A DNA stretch of 64,000 nucleotides. Source: Firmicutes bacterium FC7. Its GTDB lineage: Bacteria > Bacillota > Clostridia > Tissierellales > Tissierellaceae. The stretch's first letter is position 1. Each line of letters opens with the position of its first letter. Below the pieces are notes generated by a model that was not told the DNA's origin, searched no databases, and saw only the letters and a program-made list of their open reading frames with translations. The position numbers and the translations under genes are program-made. The stretch covers positions 139,161 to 203,160 of the forward strand of contig JAKELU010000002.1 in the NCBI GenBank assembly GCA_022760735.1, written 5' to 3'. Below are positions 60,892 to 64,000 of the stretch, in pieces.

Positions 60892-62628
60892 CTACAGCGC
60901 CAATAAGCGTTCACCCTTGATATCCTCAGGACTCCATGAAATCAGTGCGAACTTCCCATTTGCATGTTCATTGATGCGGTTGAGCCATTCTATTTCACCA
61001 GCTGCCTTAGCCTTCAGTATGTGATTTGTCGTATCCGTGCCATAAAGTGACTGATTGACCACCCACCACTTAGCGGCGATGCCCGCACGCTTTAAATCAT
61101 CTTCAAGACGAAGAGCCTCATAAACGGGAGTCGCTTCCGGTAGGGTCACAATAATGACCTCGGTTTCATCTGATTTCAGTCGTGGTAACAGTCGTGCCAC
61201 CGATTCAGGTATTTCTCCCTTAGTACGTTGTATTTCGTGATTATAACTCTGTGTGGACTCCAACAGGAGCAGGGTGTGACCTGTAGGAGCAGTGTCTATA
61301 ACTACCACCTGATCGTCTGCCATGTCAACTAATTCCGCAAATGCACGGAAAACAGCGATCTCCTGTGTGCAGGGTGAGCGAAGATCTTCTTCGATATAGG
61401 CAATATCCTCGTCACTCATACCGGATGCGCGTGCCTTGGAGAGCACCTCTTGCTGATACTTTTTAAGCTCCTTAGCTTCATCAATATGGCTCATGGATAT
61501 ACCGCTTGTTTCGTCTATCACAAATTTTAAATGTGCAGCCGGGTCAGTAGTGGTAAGGTGGACTTTCTTTCCTCGCTTTGCAAGTCCTAACGCAACAGCA
61601 GCCGCAACGGTGGTCTTGCCTACACCGCCTTTTCCCATCGTAAATATTACACGCTTGCCTTCTGCTGCTAATTCATCTATCACATCGCTGAGCGAAGGAA
61701 TATGGTCAGTATTCAACTTTCGCGGCTCAGTAGGGACATAGTCGGTGGTAAGCAAAGCACGCACATTTTCCAAACCAGTGACATTATACGAGCGTAAAGG
61801 TAACATATAGATTGGAAACGCCTTTAAGGCTTCCGGCATATTAGATATAGCTGCTTGCTGTTTTTCGTAAAGGCTGGAAGAAAGAGCATCAGTATGCTCC
61901 ATCAATAATCCATTGATAACCAGCATCTGATTGTTAACACCTAACGCAGACAATTCATCGGAAGCACGTTCCGCTTCTTTAAATGGTGCGATTTCCGGTC
62001 GGGTAACAAGTATTAATGTAGTCAGACTGCCATCCGATAGTGTTTCAACAGCTTGCTGGTAAATCGATTTTTTGCTCTCTAAGCCTGATAGTTGACCGAG
62101 GCAGGATGCGCCGTGTGTACTTTCACTTATGAACCTGCTCCAAGCAGAAGGAAGCTGAAGCATTCGTAGGGTATGGCCAGTAGGAGCAGTATCAAAAATA
62201 ACATGATCGTATTCCTGCTGAACCTTTTCGTCTGTTATGAAATTAGAGAACTCGTTGAATGCTGCTATTTCTATTGTGCAGGAGCCAGAAAGCTGCTCCT
62301 CCATATTTGCGATAACAGAAGCGGGCAACTTGCCTCGATAAGGCGCGATTACGCTCTCCCGATACTCAGCTGCGGCCTGTATAGGGTCGAGGTTAGCCAC
62401 ATATAGATTAGGCACACCGGGGATAGGCGTACCTTTGTTGGTCAGTTCCATCGAGAACACGTCTTGAAGATTGGAAGCCGGGTCGGTGCTGATGAGCAAC
62501 ACACGCTTGCCTTTATCCGCAAGAGAAACAGCGGTGGCACAGGCGATGCTGGTTTTGCCAACGCCACCCTTGCCGGTATAGAAAAGATATTTCGTTAATT
62601 TGATGTTTTGTGGATCGAATAAATTCAT
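60892..62628 (-). CDS. arsA: arsenical pump-driving ATPase, two homologous halves
   Basis: Duplicated GKGGVGKT P-loops and DTAPTGHTL motifs. Confidence 0.9.
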   Translation of the reverse strand: MNLFDPQNIKLTKYLFYTGKGGVGKTSIACATAVSLADKGKRVLLISTDPASNLQDVFSMELTNKGTPIPGVPNLYVANLDPIQAAAEYRESVIAPYRGKLPASVIANMEEQLSGSCTIEIAAFNEFSNFITDEKVQQEYDHVIFDTAPTGHTLRMLQLPSAWSRFISESTHGASCLGQLSGLESKKSIYQQAVETLSDGSLTTLILVTRPEIAPFKEAERASDELSALGVNNQMLVINGLLMEHTDALSSSLYEKQQAAISNMPEALKAFPIYMLPLRSYNVTGLENVRALLTTDYVPTEPRKLNTDHIPSLSDVIDELAAEGKRVIFTMGKGGVGKTTVAAAVALGLAKRGKKVHLTTTDPAAHLKFVIDETSGISMSHIDEAKELKKYQQEVLSKARASGMSDEDIAYIEEDLRSPCTQEIAVFRAFAELVDMADDQVVVIDTAPTGHTLLLLESTQSYNHEIQRTKGEIPESVARLLPRLKSDETEVIIVTLPEATPVYEALRLEDDLKRAGIAAKWWVVNQSLYGTDTTNHILKAKAAGEIEWLNRINEHANGKFALISWSPEDIKGERLLAL

Positions 62629-62629
62629 T

Positions 62630-63025
62630 TTAACAGCAACCTCCCTTGCAATTACAGCCGCCGGATTTTTTCATAGAAACCTTTACTGTTATGGGCTTCC
62701 TCTTTATTCCCAACACATCCTCGGGAAGATCAAGCAGCTTTGTAAATTCCTCATTGGTAGGGTATCGGCCTGTAATGACAATCTCGCCATCAACCATTAC
62801 TGCTGGTAATCCCTCTGTTCCTTTTTCATTGATATAGGCGTTGATGGTCTTGTCTTTTATAAATTCAGCAGGTGCACTGTTAAGGTTGAAGCGGTCAACA
62901 ATTACACCATGTTTTTTTAACGTGTCAAGCACTGTAGAGATACGCAAAAGTTCAGGGTCTACTCCCACACCACAGAGTCCAGTTGGGCAGCACATAGCGG
63001 GTTCGAATATTTTCATTTTTTTCAT
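62630..63025 (-). CDS. arsD: arsenic metallochaperone / operon repressor ArsD
   Basis: FEPAMCCPTGLCG N-terminal motif and a C-terminal Cys cluster. The start is set to MKKMKIF because AAAGGAG lies 9 nt upstream. Confidence 0.85.
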   Translation of the reverse strand: MKKMKIFEPAMCCPTGLCGVGVDPELLRISTVLDTLKKHGVIVDRFNLNSAPAEFIKDKTINAYINEKGTEGLPAVMVDGEIVITGRYPTNEEFTKLLDLPEDVLGIKRKPITVKVSMKKSGGCNCKGGCC

Positions 63026-63040
63026 AACGATCAACTCCTT

Positions 63041-63673
63041 TTATATAGATGATTTTTCGGCTGAAGCAATAAAGATGTTAATTGCTGCACTACTACAGGA
63101 TTCACAGGAATCGCAGCAGCATTGTTCATTTAAATCTTCAATTTTTATGTTGGATAGGTTTGCTTCAGCAAACCATTTCTTAATATCTGAGCGCTCAAAA
63201 CCAAGCCAAACATCAAACTGCTCTTTCCGTAAAAACTCATAATCATGCCGGTCTAAATCGGCAATTACTAATTTACCACCGGGCTTTAATATACGTGTCA
63301 TCTCTAAAATCGCTTGCCCCGGTTTTTCAACGTGATGCAAGAACATATTTGCCATTACATAATCAACGCTTTCACTCTCTAAAGGTAGCGTATAAGCGTC
63401 TGCCTGAATACAGGTGATTGCACCGCTTGAACCGAACTTTTGCTCCAATACATTGAGCATTTCCTTGGACTGGTCTATCGCTATGACACGAAGCTTCCTG
63501 TTAAGCAATTCTTGCGTAACAAAGCCGGTACCTGCGCCGATATCAACAGCCGTTAATCCTTCTTTTACTTGAGCTGCTTCACACAATTTTTCCCGAATAC
63601 TATCAGAGAAAAAGGTCTGGCGTATCGTATCCCATTGGTCTGATACACTATCGAAATAGTTTTTACTGCTCAC
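63041..63673 (-). CDS. class I SAM-dependent methyltransferase with a C-terminal Cys cluster, a candidate compact arsenite methyltransferase (ArsM-like)
   Basis: SAM motif [11 protein letters not shown]-terminal ...[14 protein letters not shown]. Embedded between acr3 and arsD. Confidence 0.5.
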   Translation of the reverse strand: MSSKNYFDSVSDQWDTIRQTFFSDSIREKLCEAAQVKEGLTAVDIGAGTGFVTQELLNRKLRVIAIDQSKEMLNVLEQKFGSSGAITCIQADAYTLPLESESVDYVMANMFLHHVEKPGQAILEMTRILKPGGKLVIADLDRHDYEFLRKEQFDVWLGFERSDIKKWFAEANLSNIKIEDLNEQCCCDSCESCSSAAINIFIASAEKSSI

Positions 63674-64000
63674 TATTCAGCCCTCCTTCCGCAGGAAACC
63701 AGTGCCTTGTATTATTCGCTATCTTTACTAACATCAACATAACAGGTACTTCTGTTAGAACCCCTACAATGGTAGCAAGTGCAGCTGGACTTTGTGTTCC
63801 AAATAATGAAATCGCGACGGCAACTGCCAGTTCAAAAAAGTTAGAGGCACCAATCATACCGGCAGGTGCTGCTATCTCATGAGGTAGTTTTATAGCCTTG
63901 CTTGCTAGATATGCAATGAAAAAGATTAGGAAAGTCTGAATAATTAATGGTATAGCAATTAAAGCAATATGCAGTGGATTATTCAGAATTACATCGCCCT
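63663..64000 (-). CDS. acr3: arsenite efflux transporter ACR3 family, C-terminal part. The gene continues beyond the window end.
   Basis: ...[17 protein letters not shown]...[20 protein letters not shown] matches the conserved ACR3 C-terminus. Confidence 0.75.
   Translation of the reverse strand, partial: GDVILNNPLHIALIAIPLIIQTFLIFFIAYLASKAIKLPHEIAAPAGMIGASNFFELAVAVAISLFGTQSPAALATIVGVLTEVPVMLMLVKIANNTRHWFPAEGGLNSEQ

Overview
This 64-kb window is low-GC (roughly 30% G+C by eye) and looks like a Clostridia/Firmicutes chromosome. About 85% of it is coding, mostly on the minus strand.

Content in order:
- 1-2.7 kb: a partial polytopic membrane protein, a 25-aa hydrophobic peptide ORF with a strong SD, a 208-aa protein with two similar halves, and DUF445 with a TauE/SafE permease.
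- 3.6-16.1 kb: an alpha-glucan utilisation locus. It holds a LacI regulator, MsmX ATPase, a GH65 disaccharide phosphorylase naturally fused to beta-phosphoglucomutase, two MalFG-type permeases, a solute-binding lipoprotein, glycogen phosphorylase and MalQ. Two LacI/cre-like palindromic operators sit in it.
- 16.2-21.2 kb: a livJHMGF-type branched-chain amino acid ABC operon behind a T-box leader.
- 21.5-25.4 kb: a pflB-pflA operon followed by a Cys-rich Crp/Fnr regulator, with an FNR-type box upstream.
- 25.5-29.4 kb: a FAD-oxidoreductase with a Rieske domain, an EamA transporter and an M29 aminopeptidase.
- 29.5-32.6 kb: a ydjGHI-like membrane-stress cluster (SPFH with Zn-ribbon, zinc-ribbon protein, TPM protein).
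- 32.8-35.0 kb: an OadB/OadG pair with no alpha subunit nearby, next to a membrane J-domain protein.
- 35.2-38.0 kb: a lysine-riboswitch (L-box) controlled polar amino acid ABC transporter, flanked by a duplicated ~37-nt sequence block.
- 38.1-55.0 kb: type III glutamine synthetase, DegV, rubrerythrin with a PerR-like box, MnmA, an orphan MEDS-PAS histidine kinase, DedA, a MarR plus heterodimeric ABC exporter operon, leucine-dehydrogenase-like enzyme, a TSCPD 4-Cys protein, a TDT transporter with a DUF169 protein, and an alpha/beta hydrolase.

The last ~9 kb (55-64 kb) looks like an accessory or decaying region:
- a CheY-like gene fragment;
- exonuclease III and an EFR1 ferredoxin;
- a GNAT gene with an in-frame TGA next to an intact GNAT;
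- SGNH-esterase fragments;
- a sharply delimited high-GC membrane-protein gene;
- an XRE regulator disrupted by a perfect 13-bp tandem duplication;
- a mobile-type ars operon (acr3 partial, small ArsM-like methyltransferase, arsD, arsA, arsC) of intermediate GC.

No rRNA, tRNA or CRISPR array was seen. All calls are from reading the sequence and motif memory; no searches were run.
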